In this document: piece after piece, positions 37,402 to 45,059 of the stretch
Layout of the letters: each line of letters opens with the position of its first letter
Numbering within the stretch: the stretch's first letter is position 1
Source of the DNA: a virus
Taxonomy: Duplodnaviria > Heunggongvirae > Uroviricota > Caudoviricetes
Length of the DNA: 45,541 nucleotides
Direction: 5' to 3' (one strand)
Virus record (IMG/VR): IMGVR_UViG_3300008262_000026
Position numbers and translations under genes: made by a program
The notes under the pieces: generated by a model
Databases searched by the model: none
What the model saw: the letters and a program-made list of their open reading frames with translations, nothing else
Told to the model about the DNA's origin: nothing

Positions 37402-39110
37402 TTATTTTTGAAACCATATCTTGGCGAAATTTTTTAAGCACAGGACAGCAACCAACTGCCGTAAATCTCAATAAGAACAAGACCTCGCTAATTATTGGGG
37501 CTAATGGTGCAGGCAAAAGTACCATATTGGATGCCCTGTGCTTCTCACTGTTCAATAAACCATTTAGGAAAATTAATCGTCCACAATTAATTAACTCTGT
37601 TAACGAAAAGGATGTATTCGTTGAAGTTAATTTTACTATAGGCAAAACAAAATGGAAAGTTGAAAGGGGAATAAAACCAAATATTTTTAAAATATATTGC
37701 AACGGAAAGGAACTTGATCAAAAAGCGTCTGCAATTGATCAGCAAAAGTGGTTAGAGCAGAACGTTCTCAAAATGGACTTTCGTAGTTTTACTCAAATTG
37801 TTATTTTGGGATCAAGTACGTTTGTTCCTTTTATGCAACTTTCCGCCGCCCATCGTAGGGAAGTAATTGAAGATCTTCTTGATATTAAGATCTTTTCCTC
37901 TATGAATAGTGTAATCAAAGAAAAGATCCGCCAATCAAAAGAGGAAATTAAAGTTTTTGAATTAAAGAAACAATCTCTTGTTGATAAAGTTAAGATGCAA
38001 GAGAACTTCATTGAAGAACTTGAAAGTCGCGGAAAAGAAAACATCAATAAGAAGAAGGAATTAATCAATACGCTCAATAGTGAAGTTGAATTTCATATGT
38101 TGGAAAATTCAAAGATTGAAGAGGGCGTCTTCTCCACACAAAAAGAACTTGAAGATTATCTTGGTGCTTCAGATAAACTCAGGAAACTTGGAAATTTAAA
38201 AGGCAAGATTTCACAAAAAGTATCAACAATTACTAAAGAGCATAAATTCTTCACAGAAAATACGGTTTGTCCTACATGTACTCAAGAGATTGATGATACC
38301 TTTAGAATAAATAGAATTAGTGACGCTCAATCTAAAGCAAAGGAGTTGCAATCTGGTTATAAGGAACTAGAGGAGGCAATTAAAGAAGAAGAGGACCGAG
38401 AGCGTCAATTCCTTATTCTCTCTAAGGAGATTTCAAAACTCACAAATGACATTTCTCAAAACAATACTAAGATCTCTGGATGCCAAAGACAAATACGAGA
38501 TCTTGAATATGAAATTCAAACAATTACCGAACAACTTGAAAACCGAAATACTGAACACGAGAAATTAGAAGAATTTAAAGTTAGTTTAAAAACTACATAT
38601 GATGAACTTGCCACCAAAAAAGATCTAATTAAGTATTACGATTTTTCTTACACCTTACTTAAGGATGGTGGAGTAAAAACTAAAATTATTAAGAAGTATC
38701 TACCACTAATAAATCAGCAAGTCAATCGTTACCTACAGATGATGGACTTTTACATTAATTTTACACTTGACGAAGAATTTAACGAAACTATTCAATCTCC
38801 AATTCATGAAGATTTTTCTTATGCCTCTTTCAGTGAAGGTGAGAAAGCTAGAATAAATCTTGCACTTGTATTTGCTTGGAGAGAAGTTGCGAAGATCAAA
38901 AACTCTGCTCATACAAATTTAATTATATTTGATGAAGTATTTGATAGTTCTCTTGATGGGTTTGGAACAGAAGAATTTCTTAAAATTATTAGATATGTGA
39001 TTAAAGATGCCAATGTTTTTGTAATCTCCCACAAAACTGGACTTGAAGACAAATTTGAAAGCGTACTTAAATTTGAAAAACAAAAGGGATTTTCTCACCT
39101 AATGTTATAA
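37398..39110 (+). CDS. gp46: Recombination ATPase subunit gp46 (Rad50/SbcC-like)
   Basis: WRNFLSTG, Walker A GANGAGKS, CPTC zinc hook, FSEGE signature, DEVFDSSLD; GTG start. Confidence 0.96.
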   Translation: MIIFETISWRNFLSTGQQPTAVNLNKNKTSLIIGANGAGKSTILDALCFSLFNKPFRKINRPQLINSVNEKDVFVEVNFTIGKTKWKVERGIKPNIFKIYCNGKELDQKASAIDQQKWLEQNVLKMDFRSFTQIVILGSSTFVPFMQLSAAHRREVIEDLLDIKIFSSMNSVIKEKIRQSKEEIKVFELKKQSLVDKVKMQENFIEELESRGKENINKKKELINTLNSEVEFHMLENSKIEEGVFSTQKELEDYLGASDKLRKLGNLKGKISQKVSTITKEHKFFTENTVCPTCTQEIDDTFRINRISDAQSKAKELQSGYKELEEAIKEEEDRERQFLILSKEISKLTNDISQNNTKISGCQRQIRDLEYEIQTITEQLENRNTEHEKLEEFKVSLKTTYDELATKKDLIKYYDFSYTLLKDGGVKTKIIKKYLPLINQQVNRYLQMMDFYINFTLDEEFNETIQSPIHEDFSYASFSEGEKARINLALVFAWREVAKIKNSAHTNLIIFDEVFDSSLDGFGTEEFLKIIRYVIKDANVFVISHKTGLEDKFESVLKFEKQKGFSHLML

Positions 39111-39118
39111 TCAAAGAT

Positions 39119-39141
39119 GCACCCATCATGGGTGTTTTTTT
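39119..39141 (+). terminator. Rho-independent terminator after g46
   Basis: GCACCCA-TCA-TGGGTGT hairpin followed by a T run. Confidence 0.8.
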
Positions 39142-39148
39142 ATGTGTG

Positions 39149-39202
39149 CCACTTTTTGAAGTGTCTATGTCCCCTATGCAAGAGGTCTATTCCGTGTATA
39201 AT
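39149..39202 (+). promoter_or_regulatory. Early-type promoter: CCACTT-N4-AAGTGT box with downstream TATAAT
   Basis: Box 39149-39164, TATAAT 39197-39202, no TTGACA; same layout as 42154-42208. Confidence 0.7.
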
Positions 39203-39225
39203 AGGTTCATAACGCACAAGTCCAA

Positions 39226-41382
39226 ATGACAGTTAATCTTGAAATTAAAGGATCTCTTGCCCGCCTTCTGGCAACTGAAGATATTATCGTTGAACATAAA
39301 AAGGTAGAGACCGCCTGTTTTAATGTTCAAACGCGATGCCTGACGCTGCCTCTTTGGGAGAAGGCCAGTGATAGCATTTATACTATGCTTGTTTTGCATG
39401 AGATTTCTCACGCTCTTTGGACTCCTAATGAGGATTGGTCCGTTAATTGTAAAGTTCCTCAGCAATATGTGAATATTGTTGAGGATGCTAGGGTTGAAAA
39501 ACTCTGCAAGAGGAAGTATCAGGGATCTCCTAAAAGTTTTTTCAATGGGTATAAAGAACTTCACGCGGAAGATTTCTTCTCTATTGGCGACGAAGATATT
39601 TCTAAGTTCAGTCTTGCGGACAAAGTAAATCTTTACTTTAAAATTGGCAATTTTATTGATCTGAATTTCACTGCAGAAGAACAGGAAATTGTTGATCTGA
39701 TTGCGGTAGCAGAAACATTTGCTGACGTTCTGATTGCTTCCGAAGAACTTTATAAGTATTGCAAAAAGCAAAAAGAACAGGAAAAGATTGATAATGTTGA
39801 GAACCAGAAAGAATCTGGTTCTTCTGGTGATCAAAGTAATGATCTGCAGGAAAAGAATGAAGGAGAAAATGAAACAAATGAGGCATCTTCTCCAAATTTG
39901 CAACAAGAGACCAATCAATCTGGATCTGCTAAAGGCGATGAAGTTTCTTTTGATGGAAACAAAAATCAAGAAGAACCTGAACTCCGAACTGTAGATTCTC
40001 TTGCGGATAATATCAAAAATCTTGCAAATATGCTTGGATCTGAAAGCATCTATGTTGAAGTGCCAAAGGTTAATCTTGATACTGTGATCGCAAAGAATAC
40101 AGAAATTCACAAAGAAATTGATACTCATTTTCGCCACGAAAATATTAAGCACAAAAATGCTTATGGAGAATCTTCTGATGCGTTTCAAAGCGTAGATTTG
40201 GAATACCGTAAATTTAAGACCTCAGCACAAAAAGAAGTTAGTTATTTGGTAAAAGAGTTTGAATGCCGCAAAGCAGCAGATTCTTATGCTAGGGTTACTA
40301 CTGCGCGAACTGGAGTTCTTGATACTTCAAAACTGCATAGTTATATGTACTGTGAAGATCTCTTCAAGAAGGTATCTGTTCTTCCTGATGGTAAAAATCA
40401 CGGTTTGATTTTTATTCTTGATTGGTCTGGTTCTATGAGCCATGTGATGCAAGATACGTGCAAACAACTTTTCAACTTGATTTGGTTCTGCAGGAAAGTA
40501 TCTATTCCTTTCGAGGTTTATGCCTTTACGAATGAATGGAATTCTTGCACCTATGATTACCAAACCGGAAAGTATATCCGTGCAGACTTGAAATGTCATT
40601 ATACAAAAAAGGATGGTATCCTGTCTGTTGATGATAGATTTGCTTTGATGAACTTGCTCACAAGCAAAGTGTCTGGAAATGAACTGGAAAGGCAAATGGT
40701 AAATATCTGGCGTCTTGCAGCTTGCTTTAGTAATTGCTATGCGTCAAAATATAGCATTCCTTCCAGGTTGTCTCTGTCGGGAACTCCACTGAATGAGTCT
40801 CTTATTTGCTTGCACGAAATTATCCCAGTATTCCAAAAGAATAACGGACTGCAAAAAGTTCATTGCATTGTTCTAACTGATGGAGAATCTCAACCGATTC
40901 CCTATCACGTTGAAATCAAGAGGGGAGAATCAAACTCCTATATTGGAGTTCGTGCAATTAACGAAAAGGTTTTTCTGCGTGATCGTAAGTTGGGCACTAC
41001 CTACCGATTCGGATATGAGTATCATAAATTTACGGATACTATCATCAAAAACTTGAAAGATAAATTCACCTCTGTTAATTTTGTGGGAATTCGTATTATT
41101 GCCAGTAAAGATGCAAGTAGGTTTATGAGTCTTTATCATAACTACGATGATCAGTATCGGATTATGCAGAATGATTGGAGAAAATTCAAAAGTTTTACAA
41201 TCACTAATTCTGCATATCACGCATATTTTGGATTGTCCTCCTCGGCACTATCTCAGGATTGTGACTTTGAAGTTAAGGAATCTGCAACAAAGGCACAAAT
41301 TAAATCTGCCTTTGTGAAATCACTAAAAACCAAAAAATTGAATAAAAAAGTTCTTGGGGAGTTCATTTCTCTTGTGGTATAA
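39226..41382 (+). CDS. Metallopeptidase-like (HExxH) plus vWA domain protein, CobT-like partner of the AAA+ ATPase
   Basis: HEISH and NIVEDARVE in the N-terminus, acidic linker, MIDAS motif LDWSGSM, plus GTPL and LTDGE. Confidence 0.85.
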   Translation: MTVNLEIKGSLARLLATEDIIVEHKKVETACFNVQTRCLTLPLWEKASDSIYTMLVLHEISHALWTPNEDWSVNCKVPQQYVNIVEDARVEKLCKRKYQGSPKSFFNGYKELHAEDFFSIGDEDISKFSLADKVNLYFKIGNFIDLNFTAEEQEIVDLIAVAETFADVLIASEELYKYCKKQKEQEKIDNVENQKESGSSGDQSNDLQEKNEGENETNEASSPNLQQETNQSGSAKGDEVSFDGNKNQEEPELRTVDSLADNIKNLANMLGSESIYVEVPKVNLDTVIAKNTEIHKEIDTHFRHENIKHKNAYGESSDAFQSVDLEYRKFKTSAQKEVSYLVKEFECRKAADSYARVTTARTGVLDTSKLHSYMYCEDLFKKVSVLPDGKNHGLIFILDWSGSMSHVMQDTCKQLFNLIWFCRKVSIPFEVYAFTNEWNSCTYDYQTGKYIRADLKCHYTKKDGILSVDDRFALMNLLTSKVSGNELERQMVNIWRLAACFSNCYASKYSIPSRLSLSGTPLNESLICLHEIIPVFQKNNGLQKVHCIVLTDGESQPIPYHVEIKRGESNSYIGVRAINEKVFLRDRKLGTTYRFGYEYHKFTDTIIKNLKDKFTSVNFVGIRIIASKDASRFMSLYHNYDDQYRIMQNDWRKFKSFTITNSAYHAYFGLSSSALSQDCDFEVKESATKAQIKSAFVKSLKTKKLNKKVLGEFISLVV

Positions 41383-41385
41383 ATA
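41378..41385 (+). promoter_or_regulatory. T4-type late promoter (TATAAATA)
   Basis: Exact consensus overlapping the vWA gene stop, 22 nt upstream of ATG 41408. Confidence 0.85.
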
Positions 41386-41407
41386 TCTCTAAAAGTATTT
41401 TAGGGAT

Positions 41408-41980
41408 ATGAAAACATTTCAAGACTTTATTACTGAAGTTTATGGGCGTTCAAGTTATTCCAAATCTAGGACTTCTTTGCGCCCAGCAGTTCGTGGTAGA
41501 GACTATGAAGATTATAAAGACAGAAAACCACTCCCCGATTTTTCTAAATTTCAGGGCGGGTACAATGTAGATCACAAAAAAGAAGCAGAAAAAAATAGAA
41601 GAGCAGACACTAAAAAAAGAATGAATGCCGCAGGAAAAAAACTTGGTCTTCCTGAAGATGTTGAGATTGAAGAAGGTATCGGAATGACAGTTGCGAATGC
41701 AATTGGTAATCCTCCTCCTTTGAGTAAAAGAATGGTACTCAAGAGGAAACTTATTTCTCGCGAGATTGAAAAAAACTCACAAAAGAATAAAACTAAAAAG
41801 TATAGTGGAAAAGCAGCAGCAACAGAAGAGTATGTTCAAGAATTATTCATAACAAGAAAATCTCCTGAACAAAAAGCAGAAGAAAAGAGAAAGAAAAAAG
41901 TCACCGAACTTATTCGTTTGATGAAGCACGCAAAAGACTCAAGTTCTGATGTTGCAAAGACTAAAGCAAAAATTAATTAA
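41408..41980 (+). CDS. Candidate internal head protein with capsid-targeting sequence
   Basis: Starts MKTFQDFITE (T4 IPII/IPIII start MKTYQEFIAE); Lys/Arg-rich; late promoter. Confidence 0.8.
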   Translation: MKTFQDFITEVYGRSSYSKSRTSLRPAVRGRDYEDYKDRKPLPDFSKFQGGYNVDHKKEAEKNRRADTKKRMNAAGKKLGLPEDVEIEEGIGMTVANAIGNPPPLSKRMVLKRKLISREIEKNSQKNKTKKYSGKAAATEEYVQELFITRKSPEQKAEEKRKKKVTELIRLMKHAKDSSSDVAKTKAKIN

Positions 41981-41986
41981 AATGAG

Positions 41987-42142
41987 ATGAACAAATTTCC
42001 ATTTCAACATTCAGTTGACGAAGATAAAAAAATAGTTTATATTCGCTGGGAAGGAAATGGACACCTTGGGCGATATGGAGTTCCTCATATCGTAAAAAAA
42101 TTCTATCCACAATACACATATAAATTTAGGGACACCATTTAA
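41987..42142 (+). CDS. 51-aa hypothetical protein missed by the ORF track
   Basis: MNKFPFQHSVDEDKKIVYIRWEGNGHLGRYGVPHIVKKFYPQYTYKFRDTI*; fills the gap exactly. Confidence 0.7.
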   Translation: MNKFPFQHSVDEDKKIVYIRWEGNGHLGRYGVPHIVKKFYPQYTYKFRDTI

Positions 42143-42153
42143 CAAATATGGGT

Positions 42154-42208
42154 CCACTTGATGAACTGGCCACTGGGAGTCCTGCCCGACTCCCTTTTGC
42201 CTTATAAT
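42154..42208 (+). promoter_or_regulatory. Early-type promoter: CCACTT-N4-AACTGG box with downstream TATAAT
   Basis: Box 42154-42169, TATAAT 42203-42208. Confidence 0.7.
42175..42198 (+). terminator. Terminator-like hairpin embedded in the cobS promoter
   Basis: GGGAGTC-CTGCCC-GACTCCC followed by TTTT. Confidence 0.65.
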
Positions 42209-42239
42209 GACTACAGTTGAAAAACAAAACCACTACGTT

Positions 42240-43361
42240 ATGCCTCGTATCAAAATGAATGACAATCAAATTATTGACGATCTGAAAACTACTTTCGGTG
42301 GCACCATTACTTCTGCCGATGTGCGGGGTTATTGTGCCTCTAAAAATCTTTCCTATCCCACTGTCACTAAGCGACTTGACCCCTTCAAAGTTGGTCGTGG
42401 CAAATGGAATCTTGAGGTGACTCAAGAACGTGTGGAAGAGATTGAGCGTTCCTTCCAGAATGTTGCTGTCCTTCCCGAACATCACCAAAACCTTATTCCT
42501 GATAAAGATGCTACTTTCGTCAAGTTTGGTAACTTCAATGATGTTAAAAAAATTATTCACTCCCGTCTCTTTTATCCTACGTTCGTTACGGGTCTTTCGG
42601 GTAATGGTAAAACGTTCGGTGTGGAGCAAGCGTGTGCTCAACTTGGTCGCGAATTGATCCGTGTCAATATTACTATTGAGACTGACGAGGATGATCTGAT
42701 CGGCGGTTTCCGTCTTGTGAATGGCGAAACTGCCTGGCACAATGGTCCTGTGATTGAGGCACTTGAGCGTGGTGCTATCCTGCTGCTTGACGAGATTGAC
42801 CTTGCATCTAACAAGATTCTCTGTCTGCAATCCGTTCTGGAAGGTAAAGGTGTCTTCCTGAAAAAGATTGGTCGGTTTGTCAAACCTGCTGCTGGATTCA
42901 ATGTGATTGCCACCGCAAACACTAAAGGCAAAGGTTCTGATGATGGTCGTTTCATTGGTACTAACGTTCTGAATGAAGCATTCCTTGAGCGTTTCCCTGT
43001 GACCTTTGAGCAGTCCTATCCTGCACCTTCCGTGGAACAAAAGATTCTTGAGGGTATTGCTCTGGATCTTGGTGTGGAAGATCGCGAATTCTGCAAACGT
43101 CTTGTTGATTGGGGTGATGTAATTCGTAAGACCTTCTATGATGGTGGTATTGAGGAAATTATCAGTACTCGTCGTTTGGTTCATATCCTTCGCGCATACT
43201 CTATTTTCAATGACAAAGCAAAGGCAATTCAAGTTTGTGTGAATCGTTTTGACGATGAAACTAAAACTGCGTTCCTTGAGTTGTACGATAAAATTGATGC
43301 TGATTTTGTAATGCCTACCAAAGAAGCTACCGAAGAGGTTGCACCAAAGAACATTTTCTGA
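42240..43361 (+). CDS. cobS: CobS/MoxR-type AAA+ ATPase
   Basis: Walker A GLSGNGKT, Walker B LLLDEID, NEAFLERF. The track start 42207 overlaps the -10 box, so ATG 42240 is preferred. Confidence 0.88.
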   Translation: MPRIKMNDNQIIDDLKTTFGGTITSADVRGYCASKNLSYPTVTKRLDPFKVGRGKWNLEVTQERVEEIERSFQNVAVLPEHHQNLIPDKDATFVKFGNFNDVKKIIHSRLFYPTFVTGLSGNGKTFGVEQACAQLGRELIRVNITIETDEDDLIGGFRLVNGETAWHNGPVIEALERGAILLLDEIDLASNKILCLQSVLEGKGVFLKKIGRFVKPAAGFNVIATANTKGKGSDDGRFIGTNVLNEAFLERFPVTFEQSYPAPSVEQKILEGIALDLGVEDREFCKRLVDWGDVIRKTFYDGGIEEIISTRRLVHILRAYSIFNDKAKAIQVCVNRFDDETKTAFLELYDKIDADFVMPTKEATEEVAPKNIF

Positions 43362-43367
43362 TATAAT
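43339..43367 (+). promoter_or_regulatory. sigma70-type promoter with extended -10 at the cobS end
   Basis: TTGCAC 43339-43344, 17 nt, TG-A-TATAAT 43359-43367. Confidence 0.65.
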
Positions 43368-43369
43368 AT

Positions 43370-43398
43370 GGGAAGGTAACTATACCTTCCCTCTTTTT
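43370..43398 (+). terminator. Rho-independent terminator after cobS
   Basis: Perfect 9-bp stem GGGAAGGTA-ACTA-TACCTTCCC followed by TCTTTTT. Confidence 0.85.
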
Positions 43399-43752
43399 AT
43401 GATTGATCCAACCTTTACTATTAATATGAACGAAACAACAAATCATCTTTGGAAATATAACGAAGATAAAATCCTGAAAGATATTGAGGATTATGTGACT
43501 AGTACTTATGGAAGTCATTACTGTGGTCACAGCGAAGATTATAGGAATATTCAAACTATTGATCTGATGGCAGCAAAAGACCTTGCTCCTGGATTTTGTC
43601 AATCAAATATTTTGAAATATGGGTCTCGTTATGGTGATAAAGATGGGCGCAACAAGCGGGATTTGCTGAAAGTGATTCACTATGCTATGCTTCTGCTTCA
43701 CTTTGATGGGCACTATTCCCGCAAAGATAACGGTCTCTCTGAATTTCGCTGA
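43399..43752 (+). CDS. DUF3310-like protein (T7 gp1.7 nucleotide-kinase-like family)
   Basis: TY..HY...IQTIDL...F...NILKY..RYG.KDG....DLLK..HY motif; start 43399 or 43426. Confidence 0.7.
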   Translation: MIDPTFTINMNETTNHLWKYNEDKILKDIEDYVTSTYGSHYCGHSEDYRNIQTIDLMAAKDLAPGFCQSNILKYGSRYGDKDGRNKRDLLKVIHYAMLLLHFDGHYSRKDNGLSEFR

Positions 43753-43757
43753 ACATT

Positions 43758-44423
43758 ATGAAACTCTCTGATAAAACTCTGACTCTTCTTAAGAACTTCT
43801 CTTCTATCAATCAATCTATTCTTTTTAAAGAAGGAAATTCTCTTCGTACTATTTCTGTAATGAAAAATATTCTTGCAGAAGCAACAATTGAAGAAGAACT
43901 ACCCAAGGATTTCGGTATCTATGACCTCAATCAATTCCTGAATGGTCTTAATCTTCACCAAAATGCGGAACTTGATTTTGGGAATGATAATTATGTTGTC
44001 ATCAAAGAAGGCAAATCGCGCTCCAAATACTTCTTTGCAGATCCCAATGTAATTGTCACTCCTCCTGATAAATCCATTTCCCTTCCAAGTGAAGATGTTT
44101 GTTTCCTTCTTGATACCAAAGAACTTGATAAACTGCTTAAGGCTGCTGCTGTGTATCAACTGCCTGACTTGTCTGTGGTTGGCGAAGCTGATGTGGTGAA
44201 ACTTGTGGTTCGCGATAAGAAGAATGATACCTCTAATGATTTCTCTATTGTTGTTGGTGAAACTGATGAAGTATTTTCCTTCAACTTTAAAGTGGAAAAT
44301 ATCAAGATTATTCCTGGTTCTTATGAGGTTGTGATTTCTCAGAAACTTCTTTCCCGATTTAAGAATACTGGATTTGATGTAACATATTATATCGCTCTTG
44401 AACCCGACAGCACTTTTGGGTGA
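43758..44423 (+). CDS. gp45: Sliding clamp gp45
   Basis: MKLSDKTLTLLKNFSSINQSI, FGIYDLNQFL, YYIALEPDS motifs. Confidence 0.97.
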   Translation: MKLSDKTLTLLKNFSSINQSILFKEGNSLRTISVMKNILAEATIEEELPKDFGIYDLNQFLNGLNLHQNAELDFGNDNYVVIKEGKSRSKYFFADPNVIVTPPDKSISLPSEDVCFLLDTKELDKLLKAAAVYQLPDLSVVGEADVVKLVVRDKKNDTSNDFSIVVGETDEVFSFNFKVENIKIIPGSYEVVISQKLLSRFKNTGFDVTYYIALEPDSTFG

Positions 44424-44443
44424 ACATCTGAGAGTATTCTTTT

Positions 44444-44451
44444 TATAAATA
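44444..44451 (+). promoter_or_regulatory. T4-type late promoter (TATAAATA) of the endonuclease gene
   Basis: Exact consensus 24 nt upstream of ATG 44476. Confidence 0.8.
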
Positions 44452-44475
44452 ATTATGTAGTTGGAAGATAAGCAA

Positions 44476-45057
44476 ATGTATTGTTTGGAATGTAATTCTT
44501 CTCTTAAAAAAAGACAAAAAAAGTTCTGCTCTTGTAAATGTATGAATGTGTATAATGCAAGAGAATTTGGTATGAAAAAAAGAGAAGAAAATCCAAACCG
44601 ATATAAAATTTGTGAAGAATGCAATCAATCTCTAAATCTTAATAAATTTAGTTTGATTGATAAGTGGAACTCCAATTCTGGAACAAAGAATACTTGTAAA
44701 AAATGTTCCGCAAGAATCCGACAAGTTCAAAAATTAAATAAAGATTGGAAAGAAGATGCTGCTAAACTTCTTTATAAAAATATTAAGTCAAGATGTAAAC
44801 AAACTGGAAGAGAATTTTCTATTGATTTAGAAGATATAATTATTCCAGAAAAATGCCCCGTATTTGGATTTGACTTAAAAAGAGAAGATAAAAAAACCTG
44901 GATGTTTGCTCCTAGTGTTGACAGGATAGATAGTTCCAAAGGTTATATAAAAGGAAATATTACAGTCGTCAGTAGAAGGGCAAACATCTTAAAAAGAGAT
45001 GCTACAGTTGAAGAGTTAGAACTATTGGTTCATTACTACAAAACATTGAGGAATTAA
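44476..45057 (+). mobile_element. Free-standing HNH/His-Me-finger homing endonuclease gene
   Basis: Two N-terminal Cys clusters, CPVFG, SVDRIDSSKGY..GN..VVS..AN..K beta-beta-alpha motif; own late promoter; inserted between g45 and the denV-like gene. Start TTG 44461 or ATG 44476. Confidence 0.8.
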
Positions 45058-45059
45058 TC

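Noticed and set aside
39187-40188. 333-aa minus-strand ORF
   Set aside because: Lies entirely opposite the vWA-peptidase gene; Phe/Ile-rich shadow of an acidic/Lys-rich sense frame; no motif, promoter or SD.
42207-42239. Track start of cobS (MTTVEKQNHYV)
   Set aside because: The ATG overlaps the TATAAT box, so this stretch is likely the 5' leader; ATG 42240 preferred.
42126-43232. 368-aa minus-strand ORF opposite cobS
   Set aside because: Antisense shadow expected from the biased codon usage of cobS; no recognisable domain.
43339-43398. Track N-terminal extension of the DUF3310 gene
   Set aside because: Overlaps the cobS end, promoter and terminator; begins at a TTG that is the -35 box.
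43899-44624. 241-aa minus-strand ORF opposite g45 and the endonuclease
   Set aside because: Spans two unrelated sense genes and has shadow composition.
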